From assembly GCA_038128225.1 (NCBI GenBank), contig JAYPJF010000002.1:258785-322784 (forward strand): DNA of 64,000 nt. The letters run 5' to 3'. Positions 1 through 9,596 of the stretch are shown here, piece by piece; positions within the stretch are counted from its first letter, which is position 1, and the number at the start of each line of letters is the position of its first letter. The stretch comes from a bacterium. GTDB lineage: Bacteria; Patescibacteriota; Minisyncoccia; Phycocordibacterales; UBA2100. Below the pieces are notes generated by a model. The model searched no databases, was not told the origin of the DNA, and worked only from the letters and a program-made list of their open reading frames with translations. The position numbers and the translations under genes are program-made.

Positions 1-119
1 AACACTCTTACTGGTTCAGGAAGTTTTACAGAACGTTCTGGTACAAGCGTGCCGTCAATATCAAGAATGACTGTTTTACCAAAAAAGGTCGCGGGTTCAA
101 GTTCAGTGAGCGCGCGCAT
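1..119 (-). CDS. HAD-superfamily hydrolase, N-terminal fragment (continues beyond window start)
   Basis: Reverse-strand translation from ATG (rc of 117-119) gives MRALTELEPATFFGKTVILDIDGTL, i.e. the DxDGT motif I of HAD phosphatases. It starts 7 nt after the GT4 stop. Confidence 0.5.
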   Translation of the reverse strand, partial: MRALTELEPATFFGKTVILDIDGTLVPERSVKLPEPVRV

Positions 120-125
120 ACACCA

Positions 126-1145
126 CTATGCGCGCGCAGTGACCAAGTTTTCTATAAACTGATCCGTCGGCTGATCCCAGCCGCGCTCCAGCGCAACTTC
201 TCGTGCGCGCGTTCGCGATAGCTCCAATGCGCGCATACATGCCTCTCGCAAATCATCTGAAACAACCCCGTTTTCGCCATCGCGCACAACTACGTGCGAA
301 GCTTGGGAGGCAAGCGCAGCAATTGGCGTGCCGCATGCATTCGCCTCAAGCATAACCAAACCAAGGGTGTCGGTGAGTGACGGGAAAACGAAAACATCTG
401 CCGCGGCAAGATGCCGCGCAAGTTCTCTGCCGAATTTATACCCTGTAAAAACAGTTTTCGGATACGTGCGTTCAAGACGCTTTCTTTCTGGGCCATCACC
501 GACCACATACTTCGTCCCCGGCAAATCAAGTTTTAGAAATGCATCAATATTTTTCTCCGCCGCCAAACGCCCCATGTACATAAAAATGGGACGTTCTCCC
601 GGAAGCGGTAACGGATCTTCAGGGGTAAAAACGGTTGTGTCCACACCACGCCCCCATAACGAAAGGTTCTTAAAACCCCAAGCCTCAAGCTCGTTTTTGA
701 GTGTTTCGCTCGCAACCATGGTGCGTGCACTCCCATTGTGGAACCACCGCGGATACGGGTATATCCATGAGAGCGGAATTCGTGTACGCACGTTCACGTA
801 CTCGGGAAAACGCGTGTGGTATGCAGTGGTAAATCGCAAACGATGCTTCACACAGTAGTTGCGTGCCGCAAACCCAAGCGGACCCTCCACGGCAATGTGG
901 ATCGCATCGGGCGCAAATTCATCGAGCAACTTCTTTAATTTTCTATACGGAAATGGTGCGATACGAATTTCAGAATAGGTGAGTAAGGGTACGGTAATGC
1001 CGAAATCTCGTGGCGAAAATACACGAACTGTGTGCCCCCGCCGCTCAAGCTGTCTTTGCGTTTCCGCGACTGTGGTTGCTACGCCGTTTACCTGCGGATG
1101 AAATGCATCGGAGACGATTGCGATGCGCATTCCTTTGTTTTCCAT
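126..1145 (-). CDS. Glycosyltransferase family 4 (GT-B, group 1)
   Basis: N-terminus MRIAIVSDAFHP...; C-terminal GRLAAEKNIDAFL and FPS...EANACGTP motifs are typical of GT4. Alternative start ATG at 1130. Confidence 0.8.
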   Translation of the reverse strand: MENKGMRIAIVSDAFHPQVNGVATTVAETQRQLERRGHTVRVFSPRDFGITVPLLTYSEIRIAPFPYRKLKKLLDEFAPDAIHIAVEGPLGFAARNYCVKHRLRFTTAYHTRFPEYVNVRTRIPLSWIYPYPRWFHNGSARTMVASETLKNELEAWGFKNLSLWGRGVDTTVFTPEDPLPLPGERPIFMYMGRLAAEKNIDAFLKLDLPGTKYVVGDGPERKRLERTYPKTVFTGYKFGRELARHLAAADVFVFPSLTDTLGLVMLEANACGTPIAALASQASHVVVRDGENGVVSDDLREACMRALELSRTRAREVALERGWDQPTDQFIENLVTARA

Positions 1146-1198
1146 ACTTAAAAAGAGTTCCTTAAATGTAGCAGGCAGCATCGAACCCGCCAACTGGT

Positions 1199-1813
1199 TT
1201 ACTCACGCCGATCGTGAGCAATCCCCACAAAATCAAGTATGTTTCGAAACGGCACCCCATACCCCCGATTTTGCCAAGGAAACGCTCGGTGAGGAATTGG
1301 CTTTCCCAAGAACACGCACAATTGTTCCCAATCACGTTTTTGCGTAAGATCGAGAACGAGCAGATCGCTCGGCCGGTTTGAAAAATGCGCCCGTACATCA
1401 CGTACATAGCGCTCATACTGTGCAACAAGCGCGTCACTATCTGAATATCCACTAGTCCCATAGATGTCACGAACTAGTTTGGAAACTTTTGGAAATATAC
1501 CGAGAACCCAGAGCGAGTACTGAAGTCGCTTCATTGATTTTTTCCATGACGTAGTGTCGCGCACTGTCAAAATAAATTTTGATCCGGGAAACGCCTGGTC
1601 TAGTTCTTTATAAAATCGGGCAACGGGGATGTCCGTAAGTGCATCGTATCTTTCAACGCATTTCGTATCGAGATGCAACTCATCACCCTTGATACGCACC
1701 AAACACAAAGGGTAGTGAATGCTTTTGTAGCCCAATATTCTCAACGCTGCCGTAAGTGACGTGGTCCCTGTGCGCGAAAGACCGATGCCAAAAACCTTTG
1801 GGTGCCCATGCAT
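1199..1813 (-). CDS. Sulfotransferase-family protein (PAPS-type 5'-PSB-like motif)
   Basis: GLSRTGTTSL resembles the PKxGTT 5'-phosphosulfate-binding loop; about 200 aa, the usual size of a bacterial Stf-like sulfotransferase; operonic with the GT4. Confidence 0.55.
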   Translation of the reverse strand: MHGHPKVFGIGLSRTGTTSLTAALRILGYKSIHYPLCLVRIKGDELHLDTKCVERYDALTDIPVARFYKELDQAFPGSKFILTVRDTTSWKKSMKRLQYSLWVLGIFPKVSKLVRDIYGTSGYSDSDALVAQYERYVRDVRAHFSNRPSDLLVLDLTQKRDWEQLCVFLGKPIPHRAFPWQNRGYGVPFRNILDFVGIAHDRRE

Positions 1814-1975
1814 GCGAATATACTACCGTGCGCTTCTGTACGAATACAAACAGTGGATATCTTCTTGCGGCACCTTTTTATTTTTAGCAGTAAAATTCTT
1901 CACTGACCTACTGGCCTAGTAGCGCAGTAGGTTATTTTGCGAGCAGTTTCTTTTGCACAATGGTACCATTCTCTC

Positions 1976-2929
1976 ATGAGGCATTGGCGTGGTTACTTTT
2001 TAAAAGTACACCCTCTCGTATACCTGGCGTTGTGTATCCTCTTTCTGAGCGCCGCGGTTATATACGCGTACATACAACTATTCGCCTTGCGTAACCAAGT
2101 GCTCTCGCTCACATCCAATCTTGCCTCGACCACTGCGGCACTTGCAACCACTTCCGAAAAACTCGCTCTGGGTCTGTCGACTGTGGATCAGAAAGCAGCA
2201 GAGCTCTCCAGCACGCTCTCTGCGACACAGCAGAAAATTGTCGAGACACAAAGTGGCGTAGAAAGTGTGCGCACGCAAGTTGGTGGATTTGAACAACAAG
2301 TCGGTGCAATCACCACTACAGTGGGTACGCTGGAAAAGTTAAGCAAAACTGACCCAGAATTGCTACAAAAGTATTCCAAGATTTTTTTCCTCAATGAACA
2401 CTACGCGCCGGAGCGAGTAAGCGAAATCCCTAAAGAGTACCTATATGACGAGAACGGTTCGGAGGTCATACACGCGCAGGTGTGGCCCTATTTGAAAATG
2501 CTTCTTGACGCTGCAAAAAATGAAGGCGTAACGCTTTACATTAAATCCGCATACCGCTCATTTGATGAGCAGAAAGCTTTAAAAGGCGCATACACGGTTA
2601 CCTATGGTGCGGGCACTGCAAATCAATTTTCTGCGGACCAAGGGTACTCAGAACACCAACTTGGTACCACCGTTGATTTTATTACCACAGGACTTGGGGG
2701 CCAGCTCGCCGGTTTCGATACTACGCAGGCATACCAATGGCTTGTCGCACATGCACACAAGTTTGGCTTCACGCTCTCGTACCCCCACAACAACACCTAC
2801 TACATTTTTGAGCCGTGGCACTGGCGATACGTAGGCGTTGAGCTTGCTACATATTTGCAAAACACCAACAACCATTTCTATAATCTCGAGCAGCGCACCA
2901 TTGACGAATATCTTGTAACGTTGTTTTAA
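1976..2929 (+). CDS. D-alanyl-D-alanine carboxypeptidase, peptidase M15B (VanY-like), membrane-anchored with coiled-coil linker
   Basis: N-terminal TM, then a segment called coiled-coil only by sequence inspection, then a C-terminal M15 domain (YRSFDEQKAL, SEHQLGTTVDF, HKFGFTLSYP). An alternative TTG start at 1937 is possible. Confidence 0.7.
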   Translation: MRHWRGYFLKVHPLVYLALCILFLSAAVIYAYIQLFALRNQVLSLTSNLASTTAALATTSEKLALGLSTVDQKAAELSSTLSATQQKIVETQSGVESVRTQVGGFEQQVGAITTTVGTLEKLSKTDPELLQKYSKIFFLNEHYAPERVSEIPKEYLYDENGSEVIHAQVWPYLKMLLDAAKNEGVTLYIKSAYRSFDEQKALKGAYTVTYGAGTANQFSADQGYSEHQLGTTVDFITTGLGGQLAGFDTTQAYQWLVAHAHKFGFTLSYPHNNTYYIFEPWHWRYVGVELATYLQNTNNHFYNLEQRTIDEYLVTLF

Positions 2930-3060
2930 GCATACCCAAAAGCGTTTTCTATGCTCTGGTGCGCTGTCCCCGCCTTTTTTCATTGCACATCAGCGGTGAA
3001 CCGATAGTATGGTGGGCATACTAGTGACCGACCAGCGGTTGTTAATCAGTAAAGATAGTT

Positions 3061-4557
3061 ATGATGGGACGGAAAGTGGTGCGGATATTCAGTGCCTTAC
3101 TTGTGGGCGCGGTGCTGTTGGGTTCCAGTCCTCTTCCAGCATTCGCTGCAGGTCCAAACCTTGTTTCGAACCCTTCGCTTGAAACTGGAGCTGGGACGCC
3201 TGACATGTGGACTGCCACATATTGGGGCAACGTAACACCTACATTTCAATACCCGGTACCAGGACACACTGGCAACGGTGCCGGTATAACACTGAACGCA
3301 AACACTTCAGGTGACGCCCGTTGGGCACACGACCCGATTCCTGTTGAGGCGGGCGTAACGTACGAGTACAGCAACTGGTATGCATCAAATGTTGCGACTG
3401 AGATCAACGTCCTCTACATGTACACTGATGGCCACGTATCTTACGGTTGGGTTGCATCCCCTGCGTCTTCTGCAAACGCATGGAAACAGTTTTCTACTAC
3501 ACTCAAAATCCCTACGGGGGTAAGCTCTGTAGTACTATTCCACTTGATCGACAGAAAAGGAACTCTTGCTGTTGATGATTTCATTCTCGCAAAACAAAGT
3601 GGTGGCTCAGTGCCGAACAAGCCAACTGTTACGCTTTCTGCAAATCCGACAGCGGTTTCTGCAGGATCATCCTCGACACTCTCGTGGAATAGCCAGTACG
3701 CTGACACCTGTGTGGCATCTGGCGGCTGGACAGGAAACAAGTCGGTGACAGGGAACGAAATTGTCACACCGACGGTAAACACCAGCTACACTCTCGCCTG
3801 TACCGGAGCAGGTGGAACCACAAGCGTTTCAACCTCAGTTACTGTAAATACTGTACAGCCACCGCCGCCAACACCCGGACAATTTTCAGAAGGCATGGTA
3901 ACGCTTTCCTTCGATGACGCCTGGACTTCGCAGTACACTAATGCACTTCCAATACTCAATCAGGCGGGAATCAAAGGTACGTTCTACATTCTTTCAGAAC
4001 CGGTACAAGGAGGGTGGAGTTCGTATATGACACCGCAGCAAGTTAAAACGATCGCGCAGCAAGGGCATGAGATTGGAGGCCATACCGTGACGCATGCTGA
4101 TCTCAGTACACTAAGCAGTTCTCGCATCGATCGGGAAATTAAAAACTCAAAGACCTATTTGCAGAACCTGCTTGGCACCGCCGTTACGACACTCGCCTAC
4201 CCTTATGGCAGTTACAATACGACGGTGATCAATCGCACAAAACTTGCGGGCTATGGAAATGCGCGCACCGCTGACCCGACAATCGCGTATGGATTCAATG
4301 CTGCAACTCAGCCAAAGTATGAAATCAACAGCTTCTCACCGAATAAAAATGTTTCAGTTGCATCGATCAAGTCCGCCATCGACCAAGCAAAAGCAAACAA
4401 GCAGTGGTTTGTGTTCTCAGTCCACGAAGTCTTGCCATCAGGTGGGGATGAATATTCTATGACCACCGCCCAATTCAAAGAAGTGGTTGAGTACATCAAG
4501 GCAACCGGGATCAAAACCGTGACTATCGCGCAAGGCGCTGCGTTATTGCCAAACTAA
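3061..4557 (+). CDS. Secreted polysaccharide deacetylase (NodB/CE4 domain) with N-terminal carbohydrate-binding-like and Ig-like domains
   Basis: Signal peptide MMGRKVVRIFSALLVGAVLLGSSPLPAFA; TLSFDDAWTSQY and GHEIGGHTVTH are CE4 motifs. Confidence 0.75.
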   Translation: MMGRKVVRIFSALLVGAVLLGSSPLPAFAAGPNLVSNPSLETGAGTPDMWTATYWGNVTPTFQYPVPGHTGNGAGITLNANTSGDARWAHDPIPVEAGVTYEYSNWYASNVATEINVLYMYTDGHVSYGWVASPASSANAWKQFSTTLKIPTGVSSVVLFHLIDRKGTLAVDDFILAKQSGGSVPNKPTVTLSANPTAVSAGSSSTLSWNSQYADTCVASGGWTGNKSVTGNEIVTPTVNTSYTLACTGAGGTTSVSTSVTVNTVQPPPPTPGQFSEGMVTLSFDDAWTSQYTNALPILNQAGIKGTFYILSEPVQGGWSSYMTPQQVKTIAQQGHEIGGHTVTHADLSTLSSSRIDREIKNSKTYLQNLLGTAVTTLAYPYGSYNTTVINRTKLAGYGNARTADPTIAYGFNAATQPKYEINSFSPNKNVSVASIKSAIDQAKANKQWFVFSVHEVLPSGGDEYSMTTAQFKEVVEYIKATGIKTVTIAQGAALLPN

Positions 4558-4575
4558 TAATGAGCGTACAACAAA

Positions 4576-4607
4576 AAGGCGCCCACGCGGGCGCTTCTTT
4601 GTTTTAC
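4576..4607 (+). terminator. Rho-independent terminator after the deacetylase gene
   Basis: aaGGCGCCCacgcGGGCGCttctttgtttt, a GC hairpin followed by a T-run. Confidence 0.5.
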
Positions 4608-4611
4608 GCGG

Positions 4612-4767
4612 CTATTTTTTCTTACCGAGAATTTTAAACATTTTAGTACCGCACTTGGTGCATTCGCCTTTCATCGCGCGCATACCATTCTTCATCGTTA
4701 CCTCTTTTGCACTTCCCATTTCCCGATTTGCCTTACACTTCATGCACCTGCCTGTTATTGCCGCCAT
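4612..4767 (-). CDS. Small double CxxC zinc-ribbon protein (51 aa), absent from the ORF track
   Basis: Reverse-strand ATG (rc 4765-4767) to TAG (rc 4612-4614) gives MAAITGRCMKCKANREMGSAKEVTMKNGMRAMKGECTKCGTKMFKILGKKK. Two CxxC pairs; a bidirectional terminator lies downstream. Confidence 0.35.
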   Translation of the reverse strand: MAAITGRCMKCKANREMGSAKEVTMKNGMRAMKGECTKCGTKMFKILGKKK

Positions 4768-4921
4768 ACGTTCATTTAGCTGACTAATAGCTCTAGTATG
4801 TATTTCACTGATATGAGGGCAATGGCCTTGTGTGTATAATTCAACTATTGACTAAATATAGATGTAGTGTTTTCATTCTGCCGGTGCGCCGTAGGCGTGC
4901 TTAGCGATTGGAGAAATCAAC

Positions 4922-5602
4922 ATGATTCTCGATCTCTTCGAGAAATTAGGATTCACCGAATGGTATCACTATGCAATCGGCACCGCATTAGTGATATTCG
5001 GCTATTTTGCTGGTTCTATTTGGACCAGGTGGCGCGAACGACATCGGCACAAGACACAAGAGTTCCCCGACGCGTGGATCGTGCAACGAAACGTCATCGG
5101 AAAAACTGTTGCGGGGCGGCCAATCCTCCAGCTTCGCACGTTTGGTGGTGGGCGCGTCGCTGATCTTACCATTGACCCCGAACTTGCTCGAAAAATCGAA
5201 GCTGCCGCAAATGCCACGACCGCCAACTTCCCCGGCATTTGCATGCCTACGATCGAGCTGCAAGAACAGATGTGGACAGATGTCATCAATACAGTTTCGC
5301 CGCTCATTCCGAAAGGACAAGAACGGCAGCTTGTGACAATAACTCGAGAAGTCCACAGCGAGATGACTGATCGTCGCCAAAGAAACATCATCAGAATCCT
5401 GGTGATCACACCGGAGGAGCTGCGTCTCTTCCGAGACCCACTCTCATCCGAGATCGAGCTTGAGCGGCCGGTGCATGATCTACGCCGAGATCGGCTTCTG
5501 CCATGGATGGCGAAGCTGTGGTTCGATCAGCCAGATGACAGAGGTTATGATCTGAAGACCGGCCTTGAGATGATTCGTTTCATTGACCCGGTCTGGAAGT
5601 AA
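4922..5602 (+). CDS. Hypothetical membrane-anchored protein
   Basis: Single N-terminal TM (YAIGTALVIFGYFAGSIW); no recognisable domain. Confidence 0.45.
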   Translation: MILDLFEKLGFTEWYHYAIGTALVIFGYFAGSIWTRWRERHRHKTQEFPDAWIVQRNVIGKTVAGRPILQLRTFGGGRVADLTIDPELARKIEAAANATTANFPGICMPTIELQEQMWTDVINTVSPLIPKGQERQLVTITREVHSEMTDRRQRNIIRILVITPEELRLFRDPLSSEIELERPVHDLRRDRLLPWMAKLWFDQPDDRGYDLKTGLEMIRFIDPVWK

Positions 5603-5649
5603 GAGTTCATTGAAACCATCCCGCCGCGAGCAATCGCGGCGGGATTCTT

Positions 5650-6090
5650 CTACACAGTCGCCCACCCTTTTGCTGTTGCGTATGCTTTCAACAAATCAGA
5701 CGAGCTACTCACTTTTCCGCCATACCCGACGTTAAATACCGTCGTGATACCAAGCTCTTCGCACACCGCAGCTTCAGGAATATTGTGCAACCATCGATCA
5801 CCGCCATTTGCAAAAATATCAGGCTTATATTTTCTGAGTGTTTCGCACACAGTTTGGTCAGTATCAATTACCGGTATCGCATCAGTGACGCATGAAAATG
5901 CCTTGATGATCTCAATACGCTGCTCAAGCGGCATAAACACTGCACCTTTTTTGGTCATTAAGAAGCGATCCGAATTCACAAACACGATCAGTGTATCGCC
6001 TAATGCCCGTGCCTCTTGAAACATACACACGTGACCCACATGCAGAGGATCAAATCCGCCTGAAACTGCGACAACTTTCTTCTTGCTCAT
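5650..6090 (-). CDS. Cytidylyltransferase-like nucleotidyltransferase (RfaE domain II / glycerol-3-phosphate cytidylyltransferase family)
   Basis: VVAVSGGFDPLHVGHV (HxGH motif); ATGA start/stop overlap with the upstream GH130 gene. Confidence 0.7.
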   Translation of the reverse strand: MSKKKVVAVSGGFDPLHVGHVCMFQEARALGDTLIVFVNSDRFLMTKKGAVFMPLEQRIEIIKAFSCVTDAIPVIDTDQTVCETLRKYKPDIFANGGDRWLHNIPEAAVCEELGITTVFNVGYGGKVSSSSDLLKAYATAKGWATV

Positions 6091-8018
6091 ATTTCTTCCA
6101 AACATTCAGGAGTAAGCACGCGCAACAGCCTCGATAACGAAAGCGTTGCGACGCACACCACCTTGTCGGCTCCTCCGTAATACACGTACATCACATCTCC
6201 GCGCACCGCCTGACCACACGAAAACACTACATTTGGTATCTCTCCTTCCTTTTCAAAATGGTGTTGCGGCGACAAGAATGGTTCGCTGAGACGCCCAAGC
6301 ACATGCGTAGGGTCTTTTGAATCCAAAAGCGCAGCACCAAGTTGGTACACACCATGTTTCGATACCGCATGATAGATCATGAGTAGCCCTTTCTCCGTTT
6401 TTATGATTGGCCCGGCAATCCCGACTTTCTTTTGCTCCCACGTTCCTTCGCGCGGCATGAGGATTTCAAAACACCGATTAATTTCACTATCACTAAAATT
6501 AAGGTCGTCAAACATATCTTGGCAAATATTGGGATCGATGCGATGAACAACTACATATTTTCCATCAATTCTTTCCGGCAAAATACAGGCGTCCTTGTCA
6601 CTTACATGTGCGGGCGAGATCCGCACCGGCATTGTCCACTGATCCCACTTGTGCGCCAAAAAATCAGTCTCAGCAATTGATGTGATCGCAACCCGCGGAG
6701 CCTCGACACCATCATATGCGGTATAGAGCATGTAGAGACGCTCCTCGACTTTCATGATGCGCGGATCTTCGCACCCAGAGTTCCCTGTCGGCGAGCCTCG
6801 TTTTTTTTCAAAATCGGCTCGGGGCACATATATAGGCTCAGGATGGAGTGTGCTGATCGTAGTCCCGTCAATGCTTTCCGCAAGGCCTATCACTGACGTG
6901 TTATCCTGCGACATTGCACGATACAAAATGTAAATCGTTCCATTCAATTCTATCGCGCCCGGATTTAAAACGGCGCGCGCTTGCCAGGCACTGTTGGGAT
7001 TCGGTTGTAGTATGGGGTTATGCGGGGATTTTTGTGCGAATCGAGCACGACGATCGGGTACAAGTGCGTCGAGTAAATCAGGTAGATAGACTGACGCTTT
7101 TGCGCAAAACGTGTCTGCAGCACCATAGTAAATATCGAGCCGCTCACCCACCACAAGCGCACCTGATGGAAACGTGACACGCCCAACAAGTCCATACACT
7201 TCGTACGGTGTCTCTGGTACAAGAAGCGGGCTGTGCGTGCGCCCGATAAACACCCGTGGGTCATTATGTGCCACGAGTGCCGCTTCGATTCCAAACACGC
7301 GCTGCGCGCCGGCAAAGTAGTCTTGAATGTACGAATAAATAAGTAGCCATCCGTCATCTGTTTTTATGGGCACTGCGCCCACTTCGACAAAATCGTTGCT
7401 CGTCCGTTGAAACTGCACGGTGTTACTCTCGATGTTTTCGTGCCACGCTTTCCAGTATTCCTCGCTCCAAAACTCTTCCATACGATCGGCCTGGGCAATG
7501 GCAAGTTTCTGCGGCGGTTCGTCGGAATGCGCAGTCAGTATTGCAGTAATTTTTCCGTTAATTCGCTCAGGAAAAAGCGCGAATGCTTTTGCATTAAACC
7601 GAGTCACGAGCTTCTTCTCTGCGATCGTTTCTAGGTCATCAGAAATCGCGCACCCGATGCGGATGCCTGAGGGGCCAAAAGGCACTTCTGCAAGTGCCGT
7701 GTAAAACGTATAGTAGCGCCCTTCGAAAAACGTAGTGCGCGGATCTTCACATCCGTATTTGTCCCATGCTTCACTTGGCGCAATAAACTGTGTGCGCTCC
7801 TTGAACACATTCCCGTCATCAGACACTGCATGTCCGATGGAAGAAAGATATACTCCGGGCGCTAACAATGGATCAGGTTTGCCTAGCGCCCGATACAGCA
7901 AGTGCGTTTTGCCATCTTTTTTTACTGGGCACCCATTAAAAGTCCCCGCTCCCTCCCATGGGCGATCAGATGATGGTTCAAGTATCGGATTATGCTGCGA
8001 CCGCTTGACGATATACAT
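6087..8018 (-). CDS. Tandem-domain GH130-family glycoside phosphorylase/hydrolase (two beta-propeller DUF377-like domains)
   Basis: Two copies of the pattern NPIL.P...W...FNPGA...G..YLLYRA...GCEDPR (residues about 10-320 and about 330-640). Confidence 0.75.
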   Translation of the reverse strand: MYIVKRSQHNPILEPSSDRPWEGAGTFNGCPVKKDGKTHLLYRALGKPDPLLAPGVYLSSIGHAVSDDGNVFKERTQFIAPSEAWDKYGCEDPRTTFFEGRYYTFYTALAEVPFGPSGIRIGCAISDDLETIAEKKLVTRFNAKAFALFPERINGKITAILTAHSDEPPQKLAIAQADRMEEFWSEEYWKAWHENIESNTVQFQRTSNDFVEVGAVPIKTDDGWLLIYSYIQDYFAGAQRVFGIEAALVAHNDPRVFIGRTHSPLLVPETPYEVYGLVGRVTFPSGALVVGERLDIYYGAADTFCAKASVYLPDLLDALVPDRRARFAQKSPHNPILQPNPNSAWQARAVLNPGAIELNGTIYILYRAMSQDNTSVIGLAESIDGTTISTLHPEPIYVPRADFEKKRGSPTGNSGCEDPRIMKVEERLYMLYTAYDGVEAPRVAITSIAETDFLAHKWDQWTMPVRISPAHVSDKDACILPERIDGKYVVVHRIDPNICQDMFDDLNFSDSEINRCFEILMPREGTWEQKKVGIAGPIIKTEKGLLMIYHAVSKHGVYQLGAALLDSKDPTHVLGRLSEPFLSPQHHFEKEGEIPNVVFSCGQAVRGDVMYVYYGGADKVVCVATLSLSRLLRVLTPECLEEI

Positions 8019-8060
8019 ACCCTGTATGGTATCAGAGTTTTCGCCTTCTCAGCATGCACA

Positions 8061-9206
8061 TCAAACAGGCGAAGAGGCGTGCGCGAGTGTGGGAGTGTGA
8101 TTACTCAGAATACTTTTTAAGATCTCCGCAATCGGTGCGTGCGCGACGTTTACCGTATGATCGCCACCGCCATAGTACACAAGAAGCTCGTCGTCTTTGA
8201 TAACGGCACCACAGGTATATACAACACCTTGTTTCCAATAATTTTCATACGGAGTTTCGGGAGAGAGAATAGGCCCTGGTGAACGCGCGAGCACATGCCT
8301 CGGATCGCCTACATCTAAAAGCAACGCTCCGATTTTGTATTTACCCGGATCTCGCGCTTCAGTCGCATGGTACAAGACCAACCATCCTGCCTCCGTTTTT
8401 ATTGGCGGTGGCCCCACGCCACGCACCCATGTATCCCACGTGGCACGGGGAGTCTTTGATCCAAACGTGCTGCGAATGCGCACTTTACCGCGTGCGAGAT
8501 CCTCAAGGTGATCAACATAATCAATTTGTACTTCAGGATTGATGCTATGCAACAGCGCGTATTTACCTTTAATTTTCTCAGGAAACAGCACCCAGTTTTT
8601 GTGTATCTCTTTTTCTGGTGAAAGTAATATTGGTTGTGTCCAGGCCCACCACTTGCGTATAAAATCCTGAACACCCACGCGAACCTCACCAATACGCACA
8701 AAATCCCACCCATCAAATGCGTTGAAAGTAAGATGCACTGTTTCTCCGATAACGACCATACGCGGATCCTCGCATCCTCCCCAACTACCACCGGAAGGAT
8801 ACAGGACCGGATCGAATCGCTTCACACACGGATAACACTGTCGAGGGTTACGCAATTCGAATACCGGATACAATAGACGTTCATCAAAATTAAATCCATC
8901 AGCACTCGACGCGTACCCAATCCGCGAGACTCCATCAGCACCGATCGCACGATAGAGGAGATGCACGCGCCCGTTGATATATGCGGCCGCAGGGTTAAAC
9001 ACGGAATGAGCTTCCCACCCATTCTGTGCCGTTGGTTTTAAAAGCGGATTATGTGCATACCGATTAACGGTAAACCATGACTGAACGGCGGTTATCGCTC
9101 GCTGTACCCATGCAGCAAACACCGCATTGAACCACCAGAGTCCCAGTAATGCTGCGAGAAGCAAGAACACCACCGCGATGTTACTAAACGATGCTGTTTC
9201 AAACAT
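8061..9206 (-). CDS. Membrane-anchored GH130-family glycosidase/mannoside phosphorylase
   Basis: N-terminal TM, then HNPLLKP...VFNPAAAYINGRVHLLYRA...GGCEDPRMV. Confidence 0.75.
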   Translation of the reverse strand: MFETASFSNIAVVFLLLAALLGLWWFNAVFAAWVQRAITAVQSWFTVNRYAHNPLLKPTAQNGWEAHSVFNPAAAYINGRVHLLYRAIGADGVSRIGYASSADGFNFDERLLYPVFELRNPRQCYPCVKRFDPVLYPSGGSWGGCEDPRMVVIGETVHLTFNAFDGWDFVRIGEVRVGVQDFIRKWWAWTQPILLSPEKEIHKNWVLFPEKIKGKYALLHSINPEVQIDYVDHLEDLARGKVRIRSTFGSKTPRATWDTWVRGVGPPPIKTEAGWLVLYHATEARDPGKYKIGALLLDVGDPRHVLARSPGPILSPETPYENYWKQGVVYTCGAVIKDDELLVYYGGGDHTVNVAHAPIAEILKSILSNHTPTLAHASSPV

Positions 9207-9210
9207 ACAT

Positions 9211-9561
9211 TTATACTCGACCGTATTTGTCGTTTATGCGGTCGATATCATTTTCATCAAACGTCCCAAATGCGATCTCTAAAACACGATTGTCGTCACC
9301 CACGCCACGGAGTCGGTGTGGCGTGCCTGCCGAAACCCAAAATTCATCTCCAGGATGAGCGCGATGCGTCTCTTCTCCGATCACTATTTCAAGATCTCCT
9401 GTTAATACACGCCAAAATTCATCACGATTTTTGTGAGACTGAAGACTATTCTCTTCGTCGCGCGTCACCGAAAGAATTTTAACCGTTGTCGGCTCATTCA
9501 ATGTAAAACGGCGAAAACTCCCCCACGGCCGAGATTCTTCATATGGGCGAAGCGCTTCCAT
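9211..9561 (-). CDS. Cupin-domain protein (mannose-6-phosphate isomerase type II C-terminal-like)
   Basis: 116-aa cupin fold (GEETHRAHPGDEFWVSAGTPHRL); located between the GH130 genes and the phosphomannomutase. Confidence 0.55.
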   Translation of the reverse strand: MEALRPYEESRPWGSFRRFTLNEPTTVKILSVTRDEENSLQSHKNRDEFWRVLTGDLEIVIGEETHRAHPGDEFWVSAGTPHRLRGVGDDNRVLEIAFGTFDENDIDRINDKYGRV

Positions 9562-9596
9562 ATAGTTAGTGTATCAGCAGCACACTGATGCGAGCC

